A DNA stretch of 63,095 bases, filler included, from Choristocarpus tenellus KU-1152 (GCA_964200185.2; 9 parts of 9 records of this genome joined end to end with filler, not necessarily neighbours in it); one strand, 5' to 3'. Counted from the whole stretch's first letter, positions 24,101-38,429 are shown. Numbers and translations: made by a program. Notes: generated by a model from the sequence alone, not told the origin.

Positions 24101-27100
24101 CAGAAGAGGCAAACAGAAGGGACGAAGTGTAGTTGATACCACATTACTAACCAAGATAGTTGCCATAGACGTTTTCTGATTGAATAACAAGTATTCCATA
24201 TTCAAGCAAGGAAATATTTTCAAAACCGTGACTATTGGTAGCTCAATAAATTCTGAGTCAGATACGTCGAATAGTTGACTCTGTAACAGTCTGCAGGGCT
24301 GGTATTTCTATACGTATAACTCTGCTGCTACTAAGCATATGTTACACTTGGAAGCAGACTGAGGATACACAATATGGGAAAGAGGAGGATACATCATGTT
24401 GGTCCACAGTCGTGATACTATTTTCAAGATTGCATGATTGAGTGATCGAACTATTTTGAGGGGTTTAGTAAACATTTAGAATGTGTTTTGTGTGTGTATG
24501 GAGTGTGTGTATGGGGTGTTTGCGTGTGGATCGTAATTATTGTAGCGCGTGTCTCCTTGCCTAAGTACGTGCTAGTGTTCTCAAACTTTGGTTCTTGAGT
24601 TCTCAAGTGAAACAATATGACGTAAGTGCCACAAATAGATTTGCGAATTATCTCATATGGATTCCTTCCCATTATTATGAACTTTTTATTATTTGTCGGT
24701 CATCTTGCTTGTTTGAATGCTTCTTCACAATTATATGTTGACACAGCATCTTTTTACAGGCAACCATAGGCGATGAGGGGGTAACATGGAGTTATTCTGT
24801 ACAACCGGAGCGCCTATCCCTTTCCGCACAAGTAAATTCCAGACTCCACAGGTATGGTTGTGCTCGATGTTGTATACACCAGTCTGCAGAACCTATTTCA
24901 GTCTGGCATATTGCTTGTCCTGCCGAGTCCGCCACCGTTTCTAGGCATGCTGTACTATGGTATATCTTGACTTGCTAGTATGGAGTCACAGGATCTCTAT
25001 CTGCTCAGCTTGTATGCTCTCTTCAAGGATACAAATTGCCCTCAAACAGGCTTTAGAGCACCCTCAATGCTGGGGAGACGTTTCATAGAACAGAGAGAGT
25101 TTAAGCTGTTGCACATAGGACTACACCTTCTTATTAGGTCTTTCGTTTTAATGTGTTGTTTATTTTCACCCACATTTTGACCCAACATTTCATTCTCTCC
25201 CCCACAATTATTTCAAAGGGATGGAGTCCAGACTCGATCTTTGATTGGGCAAGAAATACTGGAGGAGCTGAAAAAGATTGGAAACAATAGTCAAGAGTCT
25301 ATCGCTCTCATCCTGAAACAGTTCATAAGGCAAGACTAGGGTCATGCTGGGTGGATGAGCGTAAAACTGTACATGACCCTAGCCATGTGTGGTTGCTGGC
25401 AAAGTCATGTGAACTATAGAGGTGAACGTTGACTCAGTTTAGTGTGGCAGTTACGAATTAATGATATCTGTCATGTTGTGCTTGAACTTCCTTCCATCTC
25501 GGCTAGGTCTAGATCAAGACCTCCAATTTATGCACCTGTACATATCACTCATCGGTCACTGCAGCTTTGACGCTGACTACGTTCTCATGAGTCATGAGCA
25601 GCGACTCCTAGAGCTGTATAAGGTCTTTGAATGTACCACATACCTTATGGTGTTTTTCTGTGTTGAATCTTTCCCAAACCTTTTATCTTGACCAGAATTT
25701 GATATCAAGCAAGTATAAACTCAAGGACAAATTCCTTCTCGAACTGCCCCCTCTGTAGTGCCACGCTTGTCAATCCCTTTCAAACATGGGCTGACCTCTC
25801 TGTGGAGATATTCTGGGCTTGGCAATATTCACCAAAGGATCGCGTGTATCTGAGGAGACTGAGGTCAAAGATAGACAACGTCATCCTGGAGGTGAGACAC
25901 TGATATGTGCAGGGTGGTCTGTGAGGGGTTTGATGGATGGGTTAATGTAAGTAGAGTAGAGCAATAGCTTAACGAAAGCTTATAATCTTATATCCTATGA
26001 TCTTCAGGCATACTAGGTGCAAAGGTTGGAGCCGCTCTTATTTGTTATTATCAGTGATCCGAAAGGTGCGTGCATCCTCTTCTCCTTAGTAATTCTGTAT
26101 ACAACATAAAAGTAGATATACTAGGTAAATATATATACATTATGAATATTCTGTATTTCTTCTTGCCTCTTCTCTTTTCCCAGTGTAAACCTATGATTGG
26201 TATTTTCGTGTTACGTATGTGTCCTTACCTGATGATGTCATCGTCCACTCTGTGGGAACTAGTTGCGGTCTTACATCAATCATAATCAAAAATTCATTGT
26301 ACTCACACCGAAATCTCCTTACAATGGTCTTATCTCCTACCCTTGCCCACAGCTTCTCGAACGACTACCCCATACAGTTTCTACTTTTGGTGCTGAGATT
26401 GCAGGGGGTGACCCGGACTTGAGTGCTGGCGACTTGGTGGTTACTACGCTCCTAGGTTTCCATGTTTTGGTGAGCAGTATAAATATTGCCATCTTACCTT
26501 TCACGTCAGGTTACAGCATTCAGACTTTCTCCTAGTCCTAGATTGTTGTTCACCTCTCTATCATAACTTGCCTCATTGTCTGTTCCCCTTTGCAGCAAAA
26601 GATCCTGGGACCTGGTTCGTCAAGTATCGTGATAGAAGAAGGAAGGTGAGAATCTTGATGTCACAGTAGATGTGAAGATTTCGCGTTTAACCACAGATCC
26701 TCTGATAGAGTCAACTTAGTAAACCAAGTGCTTCATGAAACATACCGGAATTTCGGTGACAGTTGAGTGCTGCGCTGGAGAAGGTGTTTTGATGACGCTG
26801 TGACTGTGTATAGGAGTGAATATGCTGCCAAACATCATGACAATGTGTTGAAGGCATGCGATGTGCCATGTTACATGAAAACTTCACTCTGCAAAATAGA
26901 CGGTTGGCCACTTTGGATAGGTTACTAGTCTGGAGTACAAAGGCCATTTGACAGGCTATTTTCTATTCACAGTGTGATCAGAATCAAGTGGCCTCTGGTC
27001 TGTTCATTCCATAATCTACGTGACAGGTCCAGCAAGGGGGCGCTGTTTTGGTCACTCCAGAAGGAGGCCAAGTCCATAGAGTTCGTTAGCGCCCCTCTTA

Positions 27101-30100
27101 TCGTGGATTTCGTAGAAACTGAATTCTTTATGGGGCTGCCCAATATGGTCTCAATGAGTTGGAGGTTCAAGCCTGATGAGATCAACATTCCGACACAGCT
27201 CTATAGCTACAACTCAGGACTGGACAACTGGAGAACATGGGATATTGGGTGGTGGGGAGAGGACCTTCTCAGGTGAGTGAGGGAAGGTACCATTAAAGAG
27301 GTATGGTGGGAATACTTGATGTGTGGACAAGTTGACGTTTGATCATATTCATTGTTTCATCGGGAGAATTCCTTAGGTCCAGTCGTATTTGTTGCTGCAC
27401 TCGCTTTATTCATATGAACGGAGTCCAGTGCTATAGATCGACACAAGACAGTACAAGAAGATGAACGTATTTCAATACCCCAGAGTATTGTACACAATGT
27501 CTTGGTACTTCAAGGGATTAGTATTCCGGAGTATGAACTTGGAAGTTGGCTTAGTTGTAACCCGCTAAGCTGCAAGTGTGCGTTCTTTTGCTGATGATTG
27601 AGTCTTCTCATGCCTGGGACTCAGTTCAAAGTGTGGAGTGGAAGATCCCAGGATCAGTACTGAAGTACTGAAATAGTGAGACCCGTAAGGTAGCAACAGA
27701 GTGAAAGTATCTTAGAGTGTATGAGTTTTGCCCTGTTTGTCCGTTTGAAGCTTTGCTTCTCATGTTATTTTTTTATGACATTTTCCTATATTACAAAATT
27801 TTCAGAGTATGTAAAATATGTACACTTTTTGTAGTAGGTGTTATGTACATATATATCCAAAACAAGGATATTGACACTTCCTAGGAAAAATGATAGTCAA
27901 AATTACATAAAAATTGCAACATTGGATTTTGACCCCCAAAATGGACGCGGCTCTACCCTCAAAGATACTTTGACTCTAAAATGTATACATTTTGGAGTAG
28001 GTATCTTGCATATGTCCAGAATAAGGATATTGACTCTTCCTAACAAACACGATAGCCGACATTTAATCAAAATCACCACATTGGATTTTGGCCCCAAACC
28101 GACACGGCTCTACCCTCTAAGATACTTTGACTCACAGTAAGATTGCCTTAGGTTGTTGCTTCCTTTTTCACTTCAAGCAATAGTGTCGTAACTTTTACAT
28201 CAACAAGTTGACTTAATTTGGCGGATATAAAGATCCGGCTGACATCAGCAATGTACTACTTCGAAGTATCTCTTAAATGTGATGAGAGCATGGCTGCAGT
28301 TGGACATGATAAAAACCGGATCAGGGTAATTAAGAAGTGCAATGCTTGGTGACAGGAGGTCTACATCAGTACTACAGCTTTAGTGCACATGGCATGAATT
28401 CTTGACAGAGATTTGGAGATAATATGTGCCGTATGTCATGCTTCTAGGAGTTACTCAAAATATTCCAGAGTACTTTTGTGGTCAGCCTTTGAGTGCTCCA
28501 GAGTGGTCCTATATGCAAGTACTCAGACAATGTATATCAGAGCCATACTCCTACCATCAAGGACCAATGCTTGGGTATGCTCTTTGAGGCTGTGACTTGT
28601 TGCACATGTTTCGCTCTCCTTTGAGCTGAACATTTTTCCATTCGCTTATAAATATATTTACTTCCCTTGTTTGGTATGTCTTGTGTGTCTTGAATCCGTA
28701 GCCTTCTGCAGGGCTTCATCAGACCTTCTCACAGTGCAGATTTGAGGGCATCCACTGGGGTGGAGGAATCCAAGGGGCAGAGTGAGGAGGTGGAGAACGA
28801 CCTGACTTTTCAAGACCCACAGAGGAGGGACAATGATGACAGAGAGTTCATAACTGTGCTTCCTGCCCTGCAGTTCATCCTCACTGGGATGGTGGGAAGG
28901 CCAGGCGGGTTCCATCCAATTCCTGCTGTTAGGCTGGCATTTGAGGTGTTGAGCTATGTGTGAGTGGAGATATATTATATTTTAGTCCTAGATAGTATTA
29001 ACGAAACTTTATGCCAATCGCCAGAGCAGGATATGTAATCGTGATCCAGGGTCAAGGATGTCAATGCCGTTATTGCAGTTGTGACACCCCAAATCTCATT
29101 TGTCCTGGAATAATTATTAATGTATGAACATGTCACCAAATGGAATGACCTCAGTCAGTTCCATCATTTTGAATCCATGCCCTCACTCTTTACATGCCCT
29201 TCAACAGCGAAACATGGGTAACCGCAAGTCAATACCAGCACCATCCTCAGATGTGCTGCTGCTTGCACGGTCTACATTTCTCTTGACTTCAAGGTGGTAA
29301 ATCAATGTATCAAGATAACTGCACACCTTGCAACCAATTCAAGATAGGATTTTCCATCTCTCGGTTGTTCGACATTTGCATACGATATGTGTGTGATACT
29401 GTTTATAACGTGGCATTATTTTGTCCTCTTGGTGATCTATCACCTTTCAAGACAGTCTTCCTATTTATGAAAATGCCCTTGGCATCGCCCCCTTGGTCCT
29501 AGATTCTCCCATGTAAATAGCAAGAAGATTTAGTACAATGGTACTTGTCGTAAAATTTCTATCATCATTACACACACCAAATGACACCAATGCTATGCTT
29601 AAACCATTTCGAATGTACGTTCTGATCTATTCTTTGAGTTGACAGCAACCAAGAAACCATATCACAGAAGGTAATGACCCCATGCTGTTGTACCTTTGTG
29701 AGCAGGGACATATGGATAAGTGAATTAACTTCTGCCCATAGTTCCAGCTCATACGGGAGGTCATGACTGTTAAAGATTCGTACTTTGCACATTTCATCAA
29801 GAGCATGTTTTCTACGATGAGATAGAGTAGGTATGCCAGACAGTAATTCAAACAGCGAAGTCAAGTACAAAGTGGAATATTCTCCTTTGCTGTATAATGT
29901 AATATCTTTGTTCATTGTACCACATCTATCCTTGCTGACTTGTTAATGGTTCCATAGGTTGAGACTCTGTAAGGACAAAGTTTGTTTGCTTGCCACACAT
30001 TTCCAGGGCAACTATGTTATTGTTCTGGACTGCCGTCAGCATTGATGACCCAAGAAAAATCCCACTGGAGGAAGTGATGCTCTACGTCTTTGTTCTGGTG

Positions 30101-33100
30101 GGTGTGCTAGACTAGGTCCAGATTGCAGCCTTTGCAAGGAGTCATTTGTCCTGGCTGTTCTGGGAACTGTGGGCACTCTAGCGTCACTTCCATGTTCTAG
30201 TATTACTTTGGTGTGGTCACATTCTGAAGGACTCAACACTTGAACACGTTCGTCTCCAATCTGCTTCTTAGCTTAGGACGTAGCTTGTGTGTTGGTCTTT
30301 CTCTGGGATTGCTAGTTTTCCCCTAAATATCGTATTATGTATCCTTCCCAATGTTGGCCAGCCCTTTTTTTGAATATCCAGAGGTACCACTTGTATATTA
30401 TACCTTTTGATGCTTGATTTTGTATGGTGCATCTTTCGAATTACTTTATTCCAGTACAAAATGGGTTCGTTCATGTTGTTTTATTTTTAGTGTCTTAATA
30501 CATTTTTGTGGTTTGAATGCCCGTATGTTCTGTATGATACTAATATAGCACATGAAGGAATGAACTTCTTTGAGGCTATTGTGTGGGAATCACTGCCACA
30601 CTCTGTGGTCAGTCAGATGCCATTATGTGATCTGCGTGGTTGATCGTTCTCTCTGTAAGACTTTTGTGACAATGATATTGCTGTAACTACCAAAGAAATA
30701 TTTTTGGATGTGATACAAAATTAGAAATTAAAGTCTGTATCTAAATTGATTTTTTTTTTCTGTAAGTGTTTCCCTGGGCTTTCTACCAAACTTGAAAGTA
30801 GAGTAACGTTTAGTGCTCTAGCAGTACCCTCGCCGAATCTTGGGTGGAACAAGAAATGATGAGATATTTTACATCAACCCTAAACTCACGCCTACGAACA
30901 TTATCCCTCTCCTTTGATGTATCTCGGCAGGGCATTATGATTCGGGAGGCATCGGAATTTCAACAAGCAATGCACATTGAAGGACGTGCAACCAAGGCTA
31001 TGTTTAGGTTTGTATACATCGTATTGGGTTTGATCCTACCATTATTATCAACAACCTAGGATCAAGTGGAGCAAGAAACCCTTCGTAATCGAATCTTTTT
31101 GTCACAGTCACGTAGATAGTGTCGTTATTAAGTTCGAGTTCTTGTGCATAGTACTGATCGATAGTGGAAGGATATGTATGTCAAATATAGTTAACAATGT
31201 TTTGTTGATTTGCCGATTCTTCCATTCATCATTAAAAGTATGAACATCAAAAGCTCACCTTGTTTCATATTCTATGATTTGATATTTGATGCCAACTACG
31301 ACACATGATACTACGAAGCCCCACGAAGTCCCTGCTATCCGCTGTGGCAAAGAGTATCGTTCCGACTTATATTTAATTTTGTTTTGTGTCAGGTATTTTG
31401 GTGATAGGTGGAACTTCCTGGACATGGCGCTGGTTGTCTTCATTGTGGTTGGGTTTGTGCTTCGCATGGTTGCAAAGGAGAGTTCCGACCCAAGCAACTC
31501 CAGTGCCCTGGTCCCAGCGCAGGTTTTACTTGCCATCAGTGCCCCTCTTTTGTTCTCACGCATTCTCTTCCTCGTCCAGATCAACAGCACCTTGGGCCCC
31601 ATGGTCCCGGTGAGGGGTGCATGAGGATTGTGAAGGTTATTTTGGAATGAATGTGAACATTGAGTTATCTGTGTGTGGCACTCCTGCCATACCAATATAT
31701 CTGTTCAAGTTCGTTGGCTATAAAAGCTTGGCTGTCAGGAATAATCTTGAAATTCTCATTTCTGTTTTTTTTTGTATCTCTCCATCACAGCTAAAGTGTA
31801 TTTTAGTTAATAAGAATGCAATGTGTAGGGGCAGTACGAGCTGACCTTTCTGACTTGTTATCCGTTCGACCTCTTAACAGATAATTTTTGCTATGATTGA
31901 AGAACTCTTACAGTTTGCAGTACTGCTCCTAGTAGTGCTGGTGGGGTTTGCTATCACCTTCTGGGCCCTCTTTGACCCTCATGTCTCGGTACTCTTCGTA
32001 GACTATGAGTGCCCTGCAAATGTGAGTACCAATAGCCCAGCATTTTACCATCCACTTCAAGGTTACTACGGAGACTTCTTCACATCAGTAGAAACAATGT
32101 TCCAGGCTATGCTTGGGAGCTTTGACTTCTCAGCTTTTGATCAGTATGATGGCTGTGAAAAAACTCCCCTAAGCAACGTGGGCAAGGTCCTCCTCATGAT
32201 CTACCTTGTCATCATGGCAATTTTATTGCTTAATCTGCTTATTGCAGTGCTCAGCACGGCTCATTCCAACATCTACAGTAACGTGGAGAAGGAGTTTCTC
32301 CATGCCCGGACCATGATAATGACACAAGCAGGGAAATCTGTCAAGAAAGGGACACTCCCCCCTCCTCTCAATGTGATAACTTCTGCAGTAGGTGTTATAA
32401 TAGACACCCCGGCTATGCTTCAATGCAGCAGGTAGGTTTGGTGTGTTTGCTGAATTGTTTATAGGTCCGCATTTTGTCAACTCGTTGTGCTTTCAGCCAG
32501 AGAGTTGATTGGGGGTCAGAGTCCTCTGTCAGCAAGAATTTCGCGTCTGACATCTTGTACATCAAGTATATGGGTAGTTAAAATATATTGATTGTCCCCT
32601 TGGGATTCTGTGGGTGTTGGTGGTATGAACAGTATGGTTAGATAACAAAGAAAGAGTCCTACTATTGAAAACTGGTAACCTCAGAGTGTTAAAATCTAGG
32701 AATAGTTGAAATGGGAGACTGCTGAAAGATCAGGTCAACGATATTCTTTTATGTCAAAATATACTGCTAGCTGTTAGTCCTACTTCAACCTACCTTCGTG
32801 CAGCATACAAGATCAATAGATGTCTGCTTTGCCAGGCATAAGTGAGATTCTATGCGGTTGAGAAGTGATGCGTTTACCACACGAGTCCGTGGTCTCCACA
32901 GTTGGGTATGCATCTCGTGATCGGATTTCTTTTTTTGGTATCAAGAATATTGCACGCCTAATTCTTGTAGTGAGGGTGGTTGGAATTAGTTTCCGGGTTT
33001 GGCTTTTGAAGGTGGGATTACAATTAGCTAAAACCGCATATAGGATCAATATATGGAGTGATTCAACCACGAGTTGCAAACCCACCCCACTCCCATGTTT

Positions 33101-35448
33101 TTTATTCTTTTGCAGTTTGTAGTTTAACATGAATATCGCAAAACCCATATACGATTGCTGATCCTAGAACCCATGTGTCTGTGCGAAATTCTTGAAGACC
33201 TTTCTCGAAGAGCAAAACCTGGCAAATTGTCAATGGGACACTGGGAACTCTCTTCTTCAGTTTCTCTATGGGTCTGCTGGCTTTGATCCTGTCTTCCTTG
33301 CTTTGGGTAATCTCAACTCCAGTCCTGGTATGGGACCATCTCCAGAAGCAGGAGAGGGTAAGAGTAGAACGGGTGTAATGTAAGATAACACAATGCTCCT
33401 TTTGCTAGTGCTGATGAGGCATGGTATTGCTGAGGAATGCATTTCCTGTAGTGTTCAACTCTTGCTCTAGCCCCCATTGGTATCTTAGATGATAGCCGAT
33501 TTGAAGCGTACACTGTAATTGTGTTTGGGTTTTCTTTGTTACCATTGCGGTACATACATAAACCTGAACGTAATGCACAGTTTTTCTTTAACAGTATCTT
33601 AACACTTTGCAGAGGTCAAGCTCGATGACAAGTTCCTTGAATAATCCGATCTGCATTTTTGCATCACACTGTTTGTGTTGGCCATCAGAAATGAATCTAC
33701 TCTAAACCTATGTTCCTACAGTACTTAATCCCACCTTTGATGCTGTTGCCAGGAGAAATTGCATGGTTGATAATGATCTCCACTATAGCTCTACCTTGTG
33801 AGTTTTTCTATTTTGGTGACCGAATGGTGACACCAATATTACCTGGAAGGAGGCCAGGTGTTAGAATTGCTGTTCATGCTTTTGATGCTAGGTGAATGTG
33901 TGTGCTTCCCAAATGGTTGACACTGCTTTAGGGAGGCGTGACCTTCCTCTCCTGTGTCACACATCCTCTGCTATGGTTGGTAAACCCTAAGTATGATATC
34001 GTTAAGTTTTGTGTTGTTGATATTAGGAGCTTTGCAAGTCGGTCAAGTCAATGATGTAAACATTTGTTCCGATATTCGCCATCAGAACACAAAAATTCCC
34101 CTATTTGTTCATGTATACTCAGTATATGACTGAATCACTGGTTGCTTGTTTCAACCTAAAAAAAAATGGACAAATTAGAAAAAAAAGGGTGTAGAGAGGG
34201 TCAATGTATCTGGGGGGAGGGAGTGGTTTGTGAGGGGGCATCCGTTTCGGTCAAACTCCTTTTTTTCCTGACATTTCAAATCCGACACGTGTGACCAAAT
34301 CAAACCAAAAAAGTGAAAATCGAAAAAAGGGTAAAAAAGGGACGCCGACACCCCCTCTCCCAGATACTTTGACCCAGATCTACATGGTTGATATACAGTA
34401 GGTCGTGGTGCAGGTTTTCTCTTGAGCCATTGCAAGGAAATGGGTTCATGCTGATTGCTCTCCCTTTTGCTTAATATCTTCTCAATATGTAGACTCTGTC
34501 CTACCAGAGACAGAACACTTGAAAATCCTGCTTCCTCTCACTAACAATGTCATTCCACCCATCTGTCTTCTGCCACAGTCATGCTTTGGTAGGAGCAGCA
34601 TCCGCCAGGGACTAACCTTCGAATTGATCACGGCTATTTTCAGAGTAATTGTGTGGATGATGGCATCGATTATTTGCACTGCTGCTATGGGCATTGTCAT
34701 GCCCATACTCTATACATTGTTGTGGTTACGGGGTGTGCTGAGCATCTTTCAATGGTATAATTGGAGCTCAACCAGGAATATGAGCAGCACAGAAGGAGGT
34801 CCTTTGGGGACCGATTGTGCAAGGGAAATGTGGTCTGACTGGGATAAAGCCAAAAATATTTCAGCAAGATGTTTCCTAAAGGAGACCTCACAATTTGATA
34901 TCAGGCCCTTCCTACAAAGGACTACTGGCCTGAAGCTTGAAAACTTGCTCGAGTGCATTGAGGACCCCTTCAAGGTCAAAGATGTGAGTGAATGGGGTAG
35001 ACTATTTGAATGTGCTGATACGAACTTCTCACCACTCTGTCCATACTTTAGACTTCCCACCGCTTCTGCATCTCTATGGACCTTCACTCCACAGTGGAAT
35101 ATTAACATTCCCAGTTGCTGTAAATATTTATGTATTCGCCATAGAGCCCTACTGTTGTGATCTGGAGGTGTTGCTGTATGCATGCGATCCCCCTCTTCCC
35201 GATTTCGATAAGATATTTTACCCTGATAATGTATGCAGGGCAACCTTTGGGAGGATGAGGGCAAAAATCAGGGATTGACTGTTGAGCATCTTCGGCAGTA
35301 CAGGGGGTATGCTCACCAAGACCTGAAAGACGAAGTCAACAGAGCCTTGATGTTGCTGATTCGAGACAAAAACACTGATGACAAACTTCAGCCAGATACC
35401 TCGTGTCCTTCTAGAATTGAAGGCACGGCCACTGCTTCTCTTCGGTAG
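21123..35448 (+). CDS. Ankyrin-repeat TRP-family cation channel, 19 exons, ~1220 aa (start codon uncertain)
   Basis: Phase-consistent exons: 21123-21224, 21437-21793, 22193-22363, 22594-22785, 23427-23561, 24760-24851, 25219-25329, 25759-25891, 26353-26469, 26596-26645, 27027-27272, 28702-28959, 30007-30097, 30931-31007, 31393-31609, 31881-32431, 33198-33357, 34579-34983, 35239-35448 (3675 nt in total). Ankyrin-like motifs GTLLFHAAA, GMNLLAHAI, TPLAIAAV, TPLLGAV; S3 YFGDRWNFLD; S4-S5 linker INSTLGPMV; pore TMFQAMLGSFDF; S6 LLLNLLIAVLSTAH. Confidence 0.88.
22879..23069 (+). pseudogene. pntB: Bacterial-type NAD(P) transhydrogenase beta-subunit fragment inserted in TRP intron 4
   Basis: 63 uninterrupted codons: QGRVGSIIGIIGMTIALIATFNLPSFTQFIPLIITITLGGVVGAIIARKIPMTSMPQLVAGFH. 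MTxMPQLVAxFH(S) is the PntB signature. Codons are strongly A/T-ending, unlike host exons, and similarity ends abruptly on both sides. Confidence 0.85.
27699..28133. mobile_element. MITE subfamily A with tandemly duplicated right half
   Basis: Left TIR at 27699, right TIR ending 27976 and again 28133. Outer flanks ACA|...|ACA. Confidence 0.88.
34198..34375. mobile_element. MITE subfamily B (G-tract TIRs)
   Basis: GGGTCAATGTATCTGGGGGG ... CCCAGATACTTTGACCC with flanks AGA|...|AGA. Related ends lie at 40941-40999, 51170-51226, 59405-59442, 60396-60622 and ~62700-62906. Confidence 0.8.
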
Positions 35449-36104
35449 ATGTTTTATCCGTTTGCAACATCTTCTCCTTGAGTTGTGTGAGGCATTATGA
35501 GTATATCGTATACTTATAGTATTATATACTACGTACTTTTTTCTGCTTGACAGGATGTACGTAATTGGTTGGTGGTATATTGTATTGGATGGATGAGTGG
35601 ATACGGATGTATTGATGGGTGGGTGGGTGGATAGATGACTGGATGGATTTAATGATTGATGGAATCGTTCTTAGTCGTTGTACCTCTAGCGTGTGTTTGA
35701 TTGTTGGCGAAAATGGCATTTTTATTTTTTTTGTACGACATATTGTGTATTGTGCAAGGTACAGTTATCTGTACTTGCAGTGTCGAAGTATAAAGCATGT
35801 AATTTATGAATGTATTAGAACCTGTCATGGAACTTGCCCTCCTTCTATTGATCGTTTGTCCTTGAACCTGCAAGGTATTGTGCCATAATTTTAGGTCTCT
35901 TCGTACCTGTATTATGTGTCCCAAGTCTTCAAAACGACCAACTAACTTCACTCCTCAAGCAAGAAACGTTTGCAGATTGTGTAGAAGTTAATACTGTGAC
36001 AAATTCACTCAGGGGCTGACTGCGTTGCACTCGCTGTGATGGCGCGTTCTGATAGTGCTAACAACGGTAGCATAATAAATGGTTGTTGCATTACTACTAA
36101 ATGT

Positions 36105-36365
36105 GAGCCAATGTAAGCGAGAGGTACCCAGGTTTTCCCCAATTTGTATTTTGAGCCACTCTTTTCTTCTCTTGCAATTCATCCTTATTTGTATGGACGA
36201 AATGCTAAAATTAACTCGATGGGTTGATTTCTCAATTGCTTTTAAGTTTTCGACAGAATTTTGAAAAACTGCTGAACATATTCGTAGTACAAAACGTCGA
36301 ATTTTGTACATTTTTTGTCAGTATCCTTCAAATGCAACCTCAGTACCTCTCGTTTACTTTGACTC
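36105..36365. mobile_element. MITE subfamily C (~260 bp)
   Basis: GAGCCAATGTAAGCGAGAGGTACC ... GTACCTCTCGTTTACTTTGACTC with flanks TGT|...|TGT. Relatives at 39548-39746, ~43578-43827 and 57214-57473. Confidence 0.8.
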
Positions 36366-37783
36366 TGTATTTTTTTGTCTTTAGAATTGAAAAGGAATGT
36401 GGTATAGGAACCAAATCGCAACATACACAACCAAGATGGGAATGAACCAAAAACGTTTCGATGACCAAACACACGACCTATTATATAGATCAGTCGCATT
36501 TCAAATACTGGTGAATTTAACTTCACAGTGCACATAGTACAATATACGAAAAACAACAAGAGTGATAACATAGGCCTTAAATAAATTGGAAAGTTCCAAA
36601 CTGGGGCTGAGTCCCACAAAGATCGATGACGCGGTGTCTGCTATTATAGGTGATTCCAAACTCGAGGTAGTACCGTCGTAGTATATTATGGTCCACATTT
36701 ATTCAGGATCATATGCCAACAGCAGCTCCCCTTTTGGTGACAAAAACCGACAGATCTAGTGACCTTATGTGTATACTGAGCAACGAGGTCCAATTCAGTG
36801 GATTTGTCAGATGAGTGAGATACGGTGCTGCTAGTATCTTGAATCGTATGAATCGTTGGCTCTCATTAAATGGTCTGCATTGAGGCTTGAAGTCTTGTAA
36901 AGCGAGGAGGTGACCCAGTACACCGAAGCACTGGCGAAATTATGTGATGAAATTTCATCATGCTCTGTGAAGAGGCTGATTGAATACTGTAAGGTTTGGT
37001 TCTATCCAAAGGTGTGGTCCAGGATAGTGGTGTATGCTCTGAGGAGAGGGTTATTCCCTTGCAGAGAAGATTGTTGATGTATTAACTCTGCATATATCCA
37101 TCCAGTTGTGTGTGAAGGAAAACTTATAGCAATGTTAATTCGAAGTCTGAAGAAGGGACAACACCTTCACAATAAACAACAATACGAGATGCCAGGGTTG
37201 TTGAGCTACGAAAAATGTAAAAGAGACTCAAGTAAAATTCTTAGTCAGCTCATGTGTTTCACGTACTGACTGAGTTGGTATATTGAAGAACATCTACCAA
37301 ATTTAAGGAAACTTGCTGTAACTATGCAGAGTGCAATGGTAAGTCGTGATCATATACCGCACAGGGCAGTATATCTACTATGTGGCTAGTTACATATGCT
37401 TCGAGGATCAATATTATTGGACAGGTCAACGGTCGACACTAGTTGATGGTACTGAATTGCTAAATCGTATCATTGTTCCCTGTAACATTTTGCAGATGTG
37501 TCAGAGAAAAAGTCCAAACATCACAAGAACCCTTGTACAAGCAACAGTTGTTTTTGTGAAAGCTATGACCATTCAGAGGGCAACGGTAAGTTGTGATCAT
37601 ATACCGTGAAGATCGGTATATAACAGGGGATTCGCAAAATTGAGGATGGAGCGGGACTATGAGGATGGTTGTTTTGCGAAAACNNNNNNNNNNNNNNNNN
37701 NNNNNNNNNNNNNNNNNNNNNNNNNNNTTAATTAATTAANNNNNNNNNNNNNNNNNNNNNNNNNNNNNNNNNNNNNNNNNNNN

Positions 37784-37839
37784 CATTGTATTTTGATCCC
37801 CAAATGGACGCGGCTCTACCCTCTAAGATACTTTGGCTC
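37784..37839. mobile_element. MITE subfamily A right end truncated by gap
   Basis: CAAATGGACGCGGCTCTACCCTCTAAGATACTTTGGCTC at the contig start. Confidence 0.85.
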
Positions 37840-38429
37840 TCACCAACGAAGACCTCGTAAGGTTTGGTACCACCTTCGAGTGGTACTGTATTTAGGCAGT
37901 GTTGACAAAGCGATGAAACTCACCCCACAGGCTCTGCCCCTCCCATACAATAGGTTTGTAACCTGGGTCTCTGTCTTCTTGCGTGCCATTAAGAAGACTG
38001 AACTGATACTGAAAACATCAGTGTCTGAAGGGTCATATTTGCCTTTCCCTTGTGGTACTTTCATTCCTTTCCTCCCTCTTCTATGGGTTGGGCTTATTCC
38101 ACCCAGGCTTGACTGACGCTACAACCCCCTTACCTTGGCCTCTGTCCAAGCATCCTCACATAGCTTGATTTCCTTTGTATGTATTGTGTAAGTAAGCTTT
38201 CTCTTTCATGATCCAACGTAAGACATGATCTCCAAGAGCAACTTCTACAACCATCACCAATGCTCTCCATGGTCTTACTCTTATGGATACTGGGGTCATT
38301 CTGTGTTGTCGGAGTTGTTCACAACAAATTGAGTTTTCTTGCTGTGATGGCCCTCAGGACCAGGTCAATCCCTTTTTAAGGTGAGTAGAGTAAGTAAAGC
38401 ACTGATTGTGAGATATGCACCCCTGTTAG

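Noticed and set aside
36400-37683. Possible LTR-retrotransposon gag relic
   Set aside because: Too degenerate to support; no diagnostic motif, LTR or PBS identified.
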